Assembly (NCBI GenBank): GCA_951406725.2 | Contig: OX597826.1 | Location: forward strand, 17,112,001 to 17,176,000 | Direction: 5' to 3' | DNA from: Octopus vulgaris | Lineage: Eukaryota | Length of the DNA stretch: 64,000 nucleotides | Shown: positions 13,138 through 27,129 of the stretch, piece by piece | Layout of the letters: every line of letters starts with the position of its first letter | Numbering within the stretch: the stretch's first letter is position 1 | Program-made: the position numbers and the translations under genes | Notes under the pieces: generated by a model | The model's database searches: none | The model's input: the letters and a program-made list of their open reading frames with translations, nothing else | What the model was told of the DNA's origin: nothing

Positions 13138-13533
13138 CCTTTCTACTGGAGGAACAAGGCTTCACATTTGAAGGGAAGGGGCTAGTCGACGAAATTAACC
13201 CCAGTATTTCACTGGTACTTAGTTTATCGACCCCGAAAGGATGAAAGGCAAAGTTGACCTCGGCGGAATTTGAACTCTGAACGTAGCGACGGGCGAAATA
13301 CCTATTTCTTTACTACCCACAAAGGGCTAAGCACAGAGAGGGTAAACAAGGACAGACAAACGGATTAAGTCGATTATATCGACCCCAGTGCGTAACTGGT
13401 ACTTAATTTATCGACCGCGAAAGGATGAAAGGCAAAGTCGACCTGGGCGGAATTTGAACTCAGAACGTAGCGGCAGACAAAATACTGCTGAGCATTTCGC
13501 CCGGCGTGCTAACGTTTCTGCCAGCTCGCCGCC
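13138..13533 (-). mobile_element. tRNA-derived SINE family A with internal duplication
   Basis: Reverse complement of the 10188-10582 element. Confidence 0.88.
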
Positions 13534-13534
13534 T

Positions 13535-13536
<2 letters not shown>

Positions 13537-13606
<70 letters not shown>

Positions 13607-13642
13607 GTAATAGTAATAATAATAATAATAATAGTAATAGTA

Positions 13643-13731
<89 letters not shown>

Positions 13732-13790
13732 AAGAAGAAGAAGAAGAAGAAGAAGAAGAAGAAGAAGAAGAAGAAGAAGAAGAAGAAGAA
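13537..13790. repeat. Compound (AAT)n(AAG)n microsatellite
   Basis: Direct inspection. Confidence 0.95.
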
Positions 13791-15555
13791 TGAAAGTATG
13801 AAACTTTGGAATACTGAATCGATCGAAGAAAAACCAAAAACTCGGAAAAGTGAACATCAGACATGGAATATTCCAAGGTGATAGCATATCTCTATGGCAA
13901 TTCATATTGGCCATAACACTGCTCACTATGAATCAACGAAAAGTTGAAGTTGCTTACGATTTGGGAAAAGGAAATGGTCAGATAAAATCATCTCCTTTTC
14001 ATGGGTGATATAAAGGTTTATGCGAAAAATGAGAAACTGGTTGAATGTCTCGTGCATACTACCCGCATTTTCTCAAATGACGTAGGTAAGCAATTTGGGA
14101 TAGAAAAGCGCGCTATATTGAAAGTGCAACGAGGAATATTTGAAAGAAGCCAGGGAATCGAATTACCATACGGGCAAACAATGAGAGCAGAGAAAGGACA
14201 GTGGTATAAGTACTTGGGAATGCTGGAAGGAGACGAAATTTTTAAAAAAATTAAGAAATGAAACAAATTACCGGTAGGGAGTCCACAAGGAGAGTAAATT
14301 ATTGCATTCAAAGCTGAATCCAAAACATATTATCGAAGTATTCAATTCATGAGCAGTACCCTTAATCAGATATGGTGTTGAAATTATAGACTGGGCCACA
14401 AATGATATAAAGAAACTTGACAGAAAAACAAGAAAGTTGTTGACAATGTGTGGAACCCACCACCCGAAAGCTGACATTAACCGGCTGTACACGAAGAAAG
14501 ACCAGGGTGGAAGAGGCTTAACAGCTGTCGAAGAATGTGTACAAAGGGAAAGAAAAAGCCTAGCAAAGTACTTACAGAGCAACACAGAAAAATATTAAAG
14601 GCAGTAAATAAAGAATAGTTGATCAAGCGCGTAATAGGAGAAAAGGACAAGAATGAAATACAATGGGAGCACGTCAGACAGATTGAAGAGAAACCTCTGC
14701 ATGGCCAATTTTGGAGAGCCACCGAAGATGTATGAGGATCATATTCCAGGGCTTGGTTAAAAATGTGCAATTAAAAAAAGAAACAGAGAGCCTAATTGTT
14801 GCAATCCAAGGTCAAGCGATAAAAACAAAGATCTTGAGAAAATATGTATATATGGAGAGAATGTGGCAGAAAAATGTCGAGCCTGTGGAACTTGGAACGA
14901 GACAGTATCACACATTATGAAAGAATATAAGAAATGGAGACACGACCAGGACGTAGTGGCTTTACACTGGAAACTGTCAAGAATGAGGATTTGAACCCGG
15001 AAACACATGGTATAATCATCGAGTCGAAAGAGTACTGGAGTCGAAGAAATGTAAGATTTTGTGGGACTTCCCTATACAAATGGTTGTGCCACCATTTCTT
15101 ATATTCTTTCATTATGTGTGCTACTGTCTCGTTCCAAGTTCCACAGGCTCTTCATTTTAGGTAAAGCGAGGACGCTTCCTGTTCGACTCATCATGTCCGT
15201 TTGATTCCAGGATCGTAAAGAAAGAGAACGAAAGACAAAAAAAATACAATCCCTTTGAATTTGAAATAGAAAGAATTTGGACCATTAAAACAGTAAAGGT
15301 CGTTCCAATAATAATTGTTACACTGAGAACAATAAGCTAAGATGTAGACAAATGGCTGAAGGAGATTGGAATAGAATTCCCGGTAGAGCTCCTTCAGAAA
15401 GTTTGTCTTTTAAAGATAGCAATGATTATCAGGAGGCTTCTAAGCACTTGAAAGACAGCTGAAAACTTGTGGATACCTAAGGTTGCAGGTAGTAACCCGC
15501 TAGCTACATAAATCCTACCAAGAATAAGACCAAACCTGAGCCAAACCAAAATAAT
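13791..15555 (+). mobile_element. Decayed Dong/R4-like non-LTR retrotransposon (second subfamily)
   Basis: GIFQGDSISL, HLLFMGDIKVYAK, YKYLG, LHGQFW, ETESLIVAIQ, CRACG..ETVSHI and LLQKVCLLKIAMIIRRLL; 5'-truncated. Confidence 0.88.
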
Positions 15556-15839
15556 ATTTTTTCTCCAGTAAATGCTCTGTCATTTGTGAGGCCCTTTTGC
15601 CACCTCTTCCCTGAAGCAGTTTGTGGGTGTTAATTCCCCCATAAGTTATGACGAAAACAGAAACAGTTGAATGTAAAATAAAATTTCAATTATGCCTTTA
15701 AGAGTACAGTTAGGCGGATGTCTCACCAAAGTGGAGCAGGGGTTCTTATTTACAGAACAAAAATATTTTACGATAAACAAGTTTTTCTATAAATTCTGAG
15801 ACAATGTAAACATGTGTGAACGGAGTAATAATAGATTCA

Positions 15840-16040
15840 AATTTTGGCACAAGGCCAATAATTTCGGGGAAGGGGTTGAGTTGATTACATCCACTGCAGT
15901 TTTCAAATGGTACTTATTTTATCGACCCCGAAAGGATGAATGGTAAAGTTAGCATCGGCAGAATTTGAACTCAGAATGTAAAGCCGGAAGAAATTTCGCT
16001 AAGCGTTTTGTCCAGAGTGCTCACGGTTCTACCAGCTCAC
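15840..16040 (-). mobile_element. tRNA-derived SINE family A
   Basis: ggtacttattttatcgaccccgaaaggatgaa...gaatttgaactcagaatg. Confidence 0.8.
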
Positions 16041-19000
16041 ATCCGTAGAAATAGCGCTTAGTGCGGAAGCTGATAACCATAAGAAATTTGTATAGATTAA
16101 ATTATTTTGAACAGTGTAATTTACAGAAATGTTTGACTAAGGGTTCAAATGTTTTCTTTCTTAATCATTTCTCATTCGTTTCACCTTCAGAATTATTTAT
16201 TTCCATCTTGACATCAAGAAGAGAATGTGTTTACATGGTGATACATGCAACTGTTGATAAGAAAACACGGGTTCACTTCTCTTTGTCATTCATTTGGGAT
16301 TGTGTAATCCCAAAATATTCAAACTATATGCTGCTTATTGTCAAAGCTGTAAATAACTGGACTATCAAAAGAAATTGAAGATATAATCTATCCAAAATGT
16401 TATTTTGCTTCAACAAATTTTGGGCTGCATTATGTTCTTTGGCTTGAAACTAGAATCTCAGTAAATATTGTTAGCTGTCCTAGCGAAGTACGGATTCTTG
16501 AAACATTAATATGTGTATATTACATTTAATTAAAAGTATCAACTTGCCATTCAAGTGTCTGACAAATAATAGAAGTATTATGTTATGCTTATTATTATAT
16601 CTTCTATGTAATTCTATAGGCAATCATTCGTTGCTTTAGGAATGATACGTTGGTATCTATAATAGATTTTGTCTTGATTTCGTTCGATCGTTTATCAGTC
16701 AAACATCTTATAGATAACTTTCAAGAATATAATAGGTTATGCCTTTATAGTATCGCATGTTTAAAACCTTACATTCGTAGACCGTAGCGGAACAATATTA
16801 TGTTTAGGTTTCATTAGCAGAATGAGAGAATCGAAAGAGCGTCGGAATATATCTTGCGATATTTATTACTTCTCGCTCTAGGTTTTCAGTTCAATGCTCG
16901 CTGCAGTCACCCTTCATCACTTCGGAGTCAATAAATTACCAGTCAAGTATTGAAACCGATGATCCCGACTAACTCTTTTACTTAAAATTACAGACGTTGT
17001 ACCTACACTACAAACAATATATTATACATGTTTTCATCTTCGTTTTTTTTTTGTTTTGTTTTGTTTTTTTACCCAGAACAAAAATTGTCGGATGGAGAGG
17101 TGGCCAGTTTAATTGATCACTTTACATGAATTGTTTTCGAGTAGAGCTGAAATATAAAGTTTGTCCAAGTGTGGTTTGAACTCAGAACGTAAAGTTTTAT
17201 TTCCACTGCTCTGCCAATTCTTCCACCCTTCAGACTTTATATTGATTATTTCTGCTATAGTCACAAGTACTGAAATTTGTTGGGAGGAGGCTAGTCTTTA
17301 TCATTCACTCCAGTGCTCGACTGGTACCTATTTTATGCACTCCGAGAGGATGATGGTCACAGTTGATCTCGGCAGTATTCAGAATTCAGAAACAATGATT
17401 TTGATATTTTAAAATTTAGTATAATTGAAGAATTAAAAACCGTAGAAGAACTTAGCATGGACCACCTAATGTACTTCCAAAAATTAGACTCAATAATAAG
17501 AGAGCAACAAGAATGTAAAAATATATAAAAACATCTATCACAGACGTAATGGCAACAGGAGCTAACGTCAATATCACCAGTCTCTGTAGCGTCAAAGGAA
17601 AGTGGAGACACCTTCAAATGCACCCAGATAGGAGTATCTAAACATAAACAGACGATGTGGGGAAATAATGGTAATGCATAACGTAGTAACAATGCGACAG
17701 CTTTCTTGCCAGTTAGGTCGACTAGATTCGTATCTCTACCTGACTAGCATCTTTTACATGAAACTTTGAAGTATTTATAATAACAGTAATTTTGGAAAAC
17801 ATAAGCAGCCAGAGTTAATAGTTATAAATGATTAATAAAAACCCGTGAGAAATAATTGTGGAAACTGCCTTTAATTTATAGCAAAGAAGAAAAACAATGC
17901 CTGGAATATTCCTAACTTTCTGTTATGTCATCATAGCAGATTTAAACTAAAAGTAATCGAAAGTACTGAGCATATCTTAACTAGGCAGCAGAGAGCTGAG
18001 AAGAAATCTGAGACAAGACGTGGTGGATATTAGCAGAAGACATCAAGACCCTTATTCAGGAAAGAAACAGATATTAGCCCGGAATGCAATGTAACAATCA
18101 TTTATGTCCGTTAAAAATGTTTCTCGTGACAAGGACGGTTTCTAGCTGAACCTCGTGGCATAAATCTGTCTAGAGAAACATTGCTATAATAATAACGACA
18201 CCATTCATTGTAATAATGGTCCAGCTGCATGTATGAAATCAATAGCTAGATTTCAGTAATCGCAACTTGATATACCGTTTCCTAACGGAAACTGGTATTT
18301 CATATAACATGTTTTTTTCTCTCTCTCTCTCTCTCTCTCTCTCATTCTTTCTTTCTCTCTCTCTCTCTCTCTATCCCGCTCTTCCCTTTTAACTTTACAC
18401 CATGCTTTTGAACATTTGGTCGGATTGATTCGTCCTGCATCCAATGTATTAACACACCTACACTGAGCCAGAAAAGACTCAAGAATTGCTAAGCGATGCT
18501 GGTGATTCTTAACGTTGATCATCTGACGAAAACAAGAGCTTTAAAAAACATCTATGTCTGAAAGCTCTTAAGAAGATTACAGTTCCGTTAATCCTAGATC
18601 TAGTGTCATAATATTTTTTCACTTCTAAAAGGATCTTCATATGTCTGTTGATAAAGAAAAAAGACGTGAAAAGAAGCTTTAACATTTCTTAGTTAAAAGT
18701 GTATACTTCCATACATTTTTATGAATTAATGCAGTTTTCTTTGCTAAATATAAATGGCGATTGCAGGTAGAGCTCATTCTCTTTCTCTACTACCTCTCTC
18801 TCTCTCTCTCTCCCTCTATCTATCTATCACTATCTCTTTATCTATCTATCTATCATCCTCGCTCCTCCTCTCTCTCTCTCTCTTTCTCTCGTGTATACAT
18901 GCGTATAGGTACAAAGTTAAGTAGGTATGTATGTATGTAGGTAGGTAGGTAGGTAGGTAGGTAGGTAGTGACGGTTATTCTTTAAATCTCTATTATCCAA

Positions 19001-19215
19001 TGCTCCACATACGTAAAACACATCTCATCCTTCAGATACTGTCCGTCTAAGAGGTCACTTGAACCAACTACATCAGAAGGATCAGACATACTCCGACGGC
19101 TGTAAAACTCTGGGTGATACACGTTCAAATCCAAAATTGTTGATATAGATATTAAATTATACGAGATTAAATGTCTGTATCTCTTCGTCGTTTCGCTTGT
19201 ACACCCACACGTTTA

Positions 19216-19250
<35 letters not shown>

Positions 19251-19455
19251 GAGTAGTTGAATGAATTATCTTATTATGGATAATTCGGTTAACCGATACC
19301 TGGGTAGCAAATATTCACGTCAGAAAAACACGGTTGAAGCTACATGCCTAGGGCAGAGATCACGTGCTATCGTGTGGAAATTTGTGTTTTTTTTTAAATA
19401 CAAATAAATGAAAGAATGGAGTTGAACGACGAATTAACAAAATTCCTTTATTTTA

Positions 19456-19538
19456 TTTTCGACATATGTTTCGAAGGCTGCATATTCCTAATTTCGAAGG
19501 AATAAAGGGTGCATTATGCCGCCTTCTCATCAGGAAAA
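19456..19538 (-). ncRNA. Canonical type I hammerhead ribozyme motif, sense to the iGluR pre-mRNA
   Basis: ttttc CTGATGA gaaggc...gccttc GAAA catatg TC gaaaa. All core nucleotides are intact, stems I and II are perfect, the triplet is GUC, and stem III is palindromic. Confidence 0.8.
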
Positions 19539-19599
19539 ACAAGGAACTTATGTCAGCATCAAGATGCACAAAAAAACTTTTAGATGACTGCCCACACGG

Positions 19600-22120
19600 A
19601 GCCCATAGTGATAATGAGTATTTCTTTAAAGATTCCAACATTTGCCAAGTTTGAGAGTAGGATATTATGGTCAACCCTGTCGAACGCTTTACTGAAGTCA
19701 AGATATATGACATCAGAGTTCGAACCTGATCCCAAGGCTTTAAGTATATCTTCAATGTGGTGTAAGAACTGTGTTAGACAGTCCCTGCCACGGCGAAAGC
19801 CATGCTGATTTTCATTTAGGAGTTCGTGGGTCTCCAGGAAGTCAGGTATCCTTGATCTTAACACTCTTTCAAACACTTTAATGATGTGGCAGGTGAGTGA
19901 GCTTGGGCGATAGTTGACTGCGAGGGATCTGTTTCCCTGTTTGAAAACCGGGATGACAGACTGAGATAGAAGCTGTTTCGGTATATAAACTGAGTCTAAG
20001 GAATTTCTCCAGAGGTTGGTCAGAGGGACTGCAAGTTGGTGTTTACATTCCTTCAGGAGACTTGCGGGAATCTCTCAGGGCCTACAGCAGAATAGTATTT
20101 GACCTCATTTATTGCTGCTATGATGTCAGAAGCAGTGAAGGTAATGTCCGAGATTTTATGTTGGGAATCAACTTCGTTCGCTTCTCTTACGTCAATATCA
20201 GTGGGATCACTAAAGACAGAGCAGTATTGTTTCTGCAGTATTTCTGCCATTTCTTTAGCATCGTGTTGGGGAATGCTGTTATAATCGATCAATGGTCCAA
20301 TGGGTGAGACAGTGGTTCTATGCTTATTTGCATAAGAATAGAACACTTTTGGGCTGTTTGATGTTTTTGATTACCCACTGTTATTCCACAGCTCTTTGAT
20401 TTTCAATGGAAGTTTTCATGTCGGTCTGCAGATGAAGTTTTTCCAACTCCAGCCTTTTCATTGTTGATGAATGTGGATGATGTATGTGGGAATATTTTAA
20501 TTGGTTGATTTTTTTTATTGAGTCTTTTTATGCGCCTGATGAGTGTTTTTCTCTTTTTAGGGATCCGGTTTCTGTTTGTGTTAGTGGATTTCGTAGGAGC
20601 GTGTTTTGAGAATGTATAGGTGACAATGTTCTCAAAGTGCTGTCATGCGGTCTCAATTTGAGTGGAACTGAGAGTAAAAGACCAGTCGATGAAAGACAGA
20701 TCCTTTCTGATTGCGCCGCAGTCCACTTTGTAGCAGTTTATGTTATCAAAGGAGTGCCATGGAGTTGGATTGGCTGGTTTGGTTTTTATATGTCGGGAAT
20801 TAAAATTGGAGAGTACCATGTCGTGGTCTGAGAGGAGAGTTTTTTCAACAGAAATACTGTGAACGGAGCTTAAGTTGTTGATTAATATTAGATCCAAGAT
20901 CGTTTTATTCTGTCTTGTTGGTTCGAGCACTAGCTGGGTCAGGAAGAATTTATCCATTAGATTAAAGAGTAATTCTGCTGCTGCTTTATCTGGTGTAGAG
21001 CATTTGCCTAACTTCAGAGTATTTTTGGGCCAGTTTATGAGGGAGGTTTAAATCACCCATCACTAGTATGTTTCCGGAGTTGTATTTTTGAAGGAAGGAC
21101 TTGATTTTGTTGAGGCACTCTTCAAAGCACTTTAGAGGTGCTTGGGGAGGCCTATCAAGACCAATAATGACTATGACTTTGACCTTGTTGAATACTGATA
21201 TAGATTCACAATAGCCATTGGAAAATATTCCTTGGCATCAACTGAAAAGGAGTCAGGGAGAAAGATGGCTGTTCCTCCTTTATTTCGGTCTGTGCGATCT
21301 GCACGAACGATGGTGAAATCTTTTATTTTCACCTCGGTATCCATATGCGTGTTGTTTATGTGAGTTTCAGTAAGGATAAAGAAAGGGAAGCAATGTGCCG
21401 TTTCGGCAAGCCAACTCTCTATATATGGGAGATTCCATTTTATGCAGTGATTGATGGGTTGATACCACGTACATTTAATAGGAATGTCGAGGTAAGGGTA
21501 GTGTGATGTTTGCATTGTTCTAAGTTATGTTTTATGTTGTTCAGTGGTAGCAATGAGAGTAGTTTTTGTATGGAGCTGTTTATCTATGATTTTCTAGTTG
21601 GTAGTGGGTATGTGGTCCTTGTGATTTGCATAAATGCTTGGTGATAGCTCATTAGATCTGGCTTAAGTCGGCCTGTCAGTAAAAAAGAGTTGCTTCTTTG
21701 GTTTGCCACTTGGTCAGAGGATACATAGTTCATGTTTATGTTATTTGGTGTTTTGGTTTTTTCATGGTTCTGTCTACGTTGTTTGACTGTAGGAGGTGAA
21801 ATGTGGTTGTATTTTGTTTTTGTTGTTGTCGTAGGTCTCCTTTGTTGCTATTTATATTTATTTTGCGATCGTTTTGTGTCCTTCAGATGGTGGTGGTTGC
21901 ATTCTGGGTTCAAGCACCTCCTTAGTGACACAGAAGTTTGGCACAGTTTATGATGGAAGAAGGTGCATCCATTGCCTTTTGTGCATCCATATTTGGGATC
22001 AGGACCATGGACTCTGTATTTACGACAGTATTTGGGGTGGATGAATACGTAGGAAGCGACCAGTAGGTGAAACTACATATCCATTCGCACGTATCACTGT
22101 CCGTAATCTCCGTCATTTAA
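19600..22120 (-). mobile_element. Decayed CR1-group LINE (Cys/His-rich ORF1 remnant, APE endonuclease, 3'-truncated RT)
   Basis: ILTETH, RADRTDRNKGGTAIF, PTRQNKTILDLIL, LSDHDMV, FYSYAN, NYRPSSLTCHIIKVFERV, NQHGFRRGRDCLTQ and IYLDFSKAFDRVDH. Confidence 0.88.
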
Positions 22121-22943
22121 TGTCTCTTCTACAACGTATCGGAAGAACATACATAAAATTGATAAAACATTTAGCCCAGTGAGAGAGATACTGGGGCCGG
22201 GGACCGATACCCATCGGTTTCCCAGTATCTAACGGATTCCAAAGAACGACACTGAATCAATGAGTAAATATATTGCCTGCTAATTTTCCCCATTTGCCTA
22301 TAAATGATGCCACCTCAGCTCAGAATTATACTAAATATATGGATGATTTAGTATAAGTATCGGTGAATTTTGTACAAATAAAAATCACTTTTATACGGGC
22401 AGCTGATCTTCAGGCGTTTAATACTGTAAATATGCAATATGCAACTGCAGACTGATAGTGTGATGATATTGCCACACATTGTACCGTTGCTTTATTTGTT
22501 TACGAAAGATTGTAGCTTGATCAGCAATATCGATTCAATCAGTTTCAAGAACATAGTTAATTTTCGTTTCATATATTGTTATGTAAATGCCAGTATATCT
22601 GATTGTAGGCCGTAAAATCTGCTTTGGTCGTAATTGAGAAAATGGCAATAGTCATCTGGCACCGTCACAGTCATTTTCTGCTCTGTAGATTTATCAAATA
22701 TCTAAACACTACATTCTCAGTCGCATTTAGTTGAATCGCCTTAGTCTGTTTACGTATTTGACATATCATTATTCAGCAATTAATTGTTTCTGCTATTGTC
22801 TTCTTAACATATGTCCCGAGAGATAAAATTCGATGTTTTGCTGTACTATGGTATAATTGTTATCTATGACTAAAAAAAAAATCCTCTGTCATACGCTTAG
22901 CAGTGCAAATGTAAGTGGCGCACATGAATGTATGTGCATATAC

Positions 22944-23143
22944 TCTTTTACTTGCTTCAGTCATTTGACTGCGGCCATGCTGGAGCACCACCTTTAGTCG
23001 AGCAAATCGACCCCACGACTTATTCTTTGTAAGCCCAGTACTTATTCTATCGGTCTCTTTTGCCGAACCGCTAAATGACGGGGACCTAAACACACCAGCA
23101 TCGGTTGTCAAGCAATGCTAGGAAGACAAACACAGACACACAA

Positions 23144-23174
<31 letters not shown>

Positions 23175-23346
23175 CATATATACAACAGGCTTCTTTCAGT
23201 TTCCGTCTACCGAATCCACTCACAAGGCATTGGTCGGCCCGAGGCTATAGCAGAAGACACTTGCCCAAGATGCCACGTAGTGGGACTGAACCCGGAACCA
23301 TGTGGTTGGTTAGCAAGCTACATACCACACAGCCACTCCTGCGCCT
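22944..23346 (-). mobile_element. tRNA-derived SINE family B
   Basis: Minus-strand head aggcgcaggagtggctgtgtgg...ccgggttcagtccc with an internal CA/TA microsatellite. Near-identical to 58875-59310. Confidence 0.88.
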
Positions 23347-23835
23347 ATGTATGTGTTTTAAGTATGTCTGGCTACGTACATAGTTAGAAAGAGATGTACG
23401 CGTACACAGACAAGCTCAGTCAAACATAAATACACAGACAAGGAACACTTGCACAAACACACACAGACACACAAACACATAGGTGGGCACGTATAGCTCT
23501 TGAATACCTGTTGTAATGTATGTGAAACATTTAGCTGGAGGTGTTCAGCATCTGCATATGTATCTTTAAATTCAAATATGGTGGCATATTGGAGTATACT
23601 TGTAGGAATGGCTTACTCTTTTGAAGCATAACTCTCTCCTGTATGTATGTATGTATGTATGTATGTATGTATGTATGTATGTATGTATGCTTGTATGTAT
23701 GTATGTATGTGTATATATATATTACGTGATCATGTGACCGACAGACCATCAGATGTTGCTACACATCGCTGGTCACAATGAGTTCGCATTGTTTTAGCCT
23801 TCGAATGACGCCACCCCGCTGGCTAAGCGAGCAGA

Positions 23836-23911
<76 letters not shown>

Positions 23912-23913
<2 letters not shown>

Positions 23914-25144
23914 TCATGTCATTAAGAATGAAATGTCCGATTTTCTTATGCACCAAGCTTGAAATGAAAGTCGTTAACTCTGATGTTTTTGACATTTCTT
24001 TGTTTCACAACATTGGAGAATTACATCATCGCTTTTAGAAATGCAATTCGTGTGAATTTTCTTTATCGGAAATCAATTTTTGGAAACCCATGAATAGATA
24101 AACAAAAATCGTGTTGTTTATGAAGAATGAGTTCCGTTGTGGAAACAATGCATTACAGAGGGCTTGAAACATCAATGAGGTGTTTGGTGAAGATGTGGCG
24201 TCGATGGTTTGAGAAGTTCCGATCTGGCAATTTTACTCTTGAAAATCAGCCCCTGGTAGACCTGAGACTGAGGTAGATAATGATGAGCTGGAAACTGTAG
24301 TGGAGGCGGAGTTAGTAGCAAGGTTTGATGTTTCGATTCCAACTGTATTGGATCATCTGAAACACATCGGCGAAGTAAAGAAGCTGGACAAGTGGGTACC
24401 ACGGGAATTGAACGAGCATCAAATGACACGTCAATTTGAAACTTGCAGTTCTTTGCTGTCACGGCACAAAAGCGAACACTTTTTACATCGTGTTGTTACG
24501 TGTGATGAAAAGTAGATTTGTTTTCAATAATAGCAAGCGTTCTGAATAGTGCTTGAATAGAGACGAAGTGTCTAAGTACAATCCAAAGAGAATATTCACC
24601 AGAAAAAGCTAACAGAATGTTTGCTATTCCAGCACTGGCATCATCCATTACAGCTTCATGAGACCTGGTAAGTCAATTACAGCGGATATAAACATCAACT
24701 AACTGGATGAAATGATGAATGTACATGCAATTAAACAACCGAGATTGGCCAATAGAGACAGGCCAATTCTCTTGCAAGACAATCCTCGACCACATTTTGC
24801 AGAAAGAAAGCTACTCAAGTTACAGGAACTGTACTCTGTCATCCACCATATTCACCAGACTTTGCACCAACTGACTATCACATTTTCCAGTCTAATGACA
24901 AGTTTGCATGGAAAAAATTTCAAATCTGAAAAAGATTCAAAAACAACATGTCGTGATTTCATACCCTCTTCTTGCTCTCCAGAATTCTTTGCTGCAGGCA
25001 TAAATAAGCTAGGGATAAAATGGCAAAATTGTGTTGATAATTTAGGTGCATACTTTGGTTAACTGCATTGCTTTTTGTTGAGATAAAATAAAATAAAATT
25101 TTCAGATGTTCAACATCGGACATTCCATTCTTAATGAATTGATA
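23912..25144 (+). mobile_element. Full-length but decayed mariner element with TIRs, inserted in a (TA)n tract
   Basis: TIRs tcattaagaatgaaatgtccga / tcggacattccattcttaatga. Transposase motifs WVPREL, VVTCDEK, LLQDNPRPH and HPPYSPDFAPTDYH, with stops and frameshifts; about 1.23 kb. Confidence 0.92.
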
Positions 25145-26039
25145 TATATATATATATATATATAATATGGTGAATTTATAGAACGAAGACCCATAAAACG
25201 CGTCAATTTAGTTCAAAATAGAGGAGACAAGTTGTTAAAATATATAACATGCTTAATTCTTGCAGACGATCGTTTCGTACAGAGATATAATAATAATGTA
25301 AATTCATAATTGAATTACATTAAATTAATTACATTGATTATATATCAACGGACTCTTTAGTGCAGGAAGTAAAAACCATAATACAAAGAACTTGAGAATG
25401 AATATAGCAGAAAAATTGAATCTAGGAGATTCATATGTGTATTCGTGTGAGAAAGCGATGAGGGTCATGTCGGATATATAACGATAACTATCGGCTGCAA
25501 CAGATATTTGAAGATATAAGTAAAGAGGCTTCATAAACGTTGATGAGTATGGAAATTAGACATTCAAATTCCAAATAAGTAACGTAGGGCAATATGTTTT
25601 AGAGATGTCCAAGGTTTGGACATCCCTATACATCCCTATACACACCATGTATAGGGATGGGATGTATAATCCCGAGTATTAACCAAATTTCCATTCATTC
25701 TCATTATGTTATATCTTTCCTCTTAACACAGCCTCCAAATCTTATTATTATTTCTGTAAGAGGGGGCAGAAGATAGGATTTTATATGAGATGGAAAAATT
25801 ACTATTGTTTCTTTCGAGGTGCCAAATTTTTTTAGATAGTCCTATACTATTCTCTTTTCGATGATGTGGATGCAAAGTAGAGACAATTCTCCCCCTTCCT
25901 ACTTAGCCATCCAGTTACCTTACTGCAAAACTGATGCTAGTACAACTGTACAAGTTGTTTATGCAATGGTAATCTAGATCTCAGTGATTAGACACTTACT
26001 TGCAATTAGCTATTCCTATTGTTCTCAAAAGTAAAGATT

Positions 26040-26397
<358 letters not shown>

Positions 26398-26811
26398 TGT
26401 ATGTATGTGTGAATGCACGCCTGTTTATTTGTGTATAAATACATACATTACTATGAATGACATTCAAGTCGTAGATGGCTAATGAGAGTTTTGAAATATC
26501 TTGTTGAACAACCTGTACAAAGCATGTCTTTATAGTGATTAAATGCTTGTGCTATATATTTGCTTCCTCTCTCAGTTTAAATGACATTGCTTGTACAGCT
26601 GCGCAATCAAATATCGAAGTAATCGCAGTGCAACGGGAAATCAATTTCATTAAACAAGAACGCCAGCACCACCCGGTCCAAACATTGAAACTACGATCAT
26701 TGGATCGTGAAGGCAACTCTCCAACTACTAGGTCATACTTACATTCATATATATATATATACAGACATACGTAGGTACTTACATGAATACATACATATAT
26801 AGATACATATA

Positions 26812-26878
<67 letters not shown>

Positions 26879-26887
26879 ACATATAAG

Positions 26888-26926
<39 letters not shown>

Positions 26927-27077
26927 ATAAAAATGGTAAGACAACAAAAGAAAGAAAGAGACCTCGATACTATGTAAATAGAGGAGTTTATGAAGAGATG
27001 GCGGCGTGGATTTCCACTTCGGCATCCGAAACTCGGAGTTTTATCATGGCTACAGGATAATTGTCACATATTACATT

Positions 27078-27129
<52 letters not shown>

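Noticed and set aside
17400-18240. Possible decayed retroelement; similar unclear stretches at 38950-39980 and 60860-61550
   Set aside because: Too degenerate to assign motifs or boundaries with confidence.
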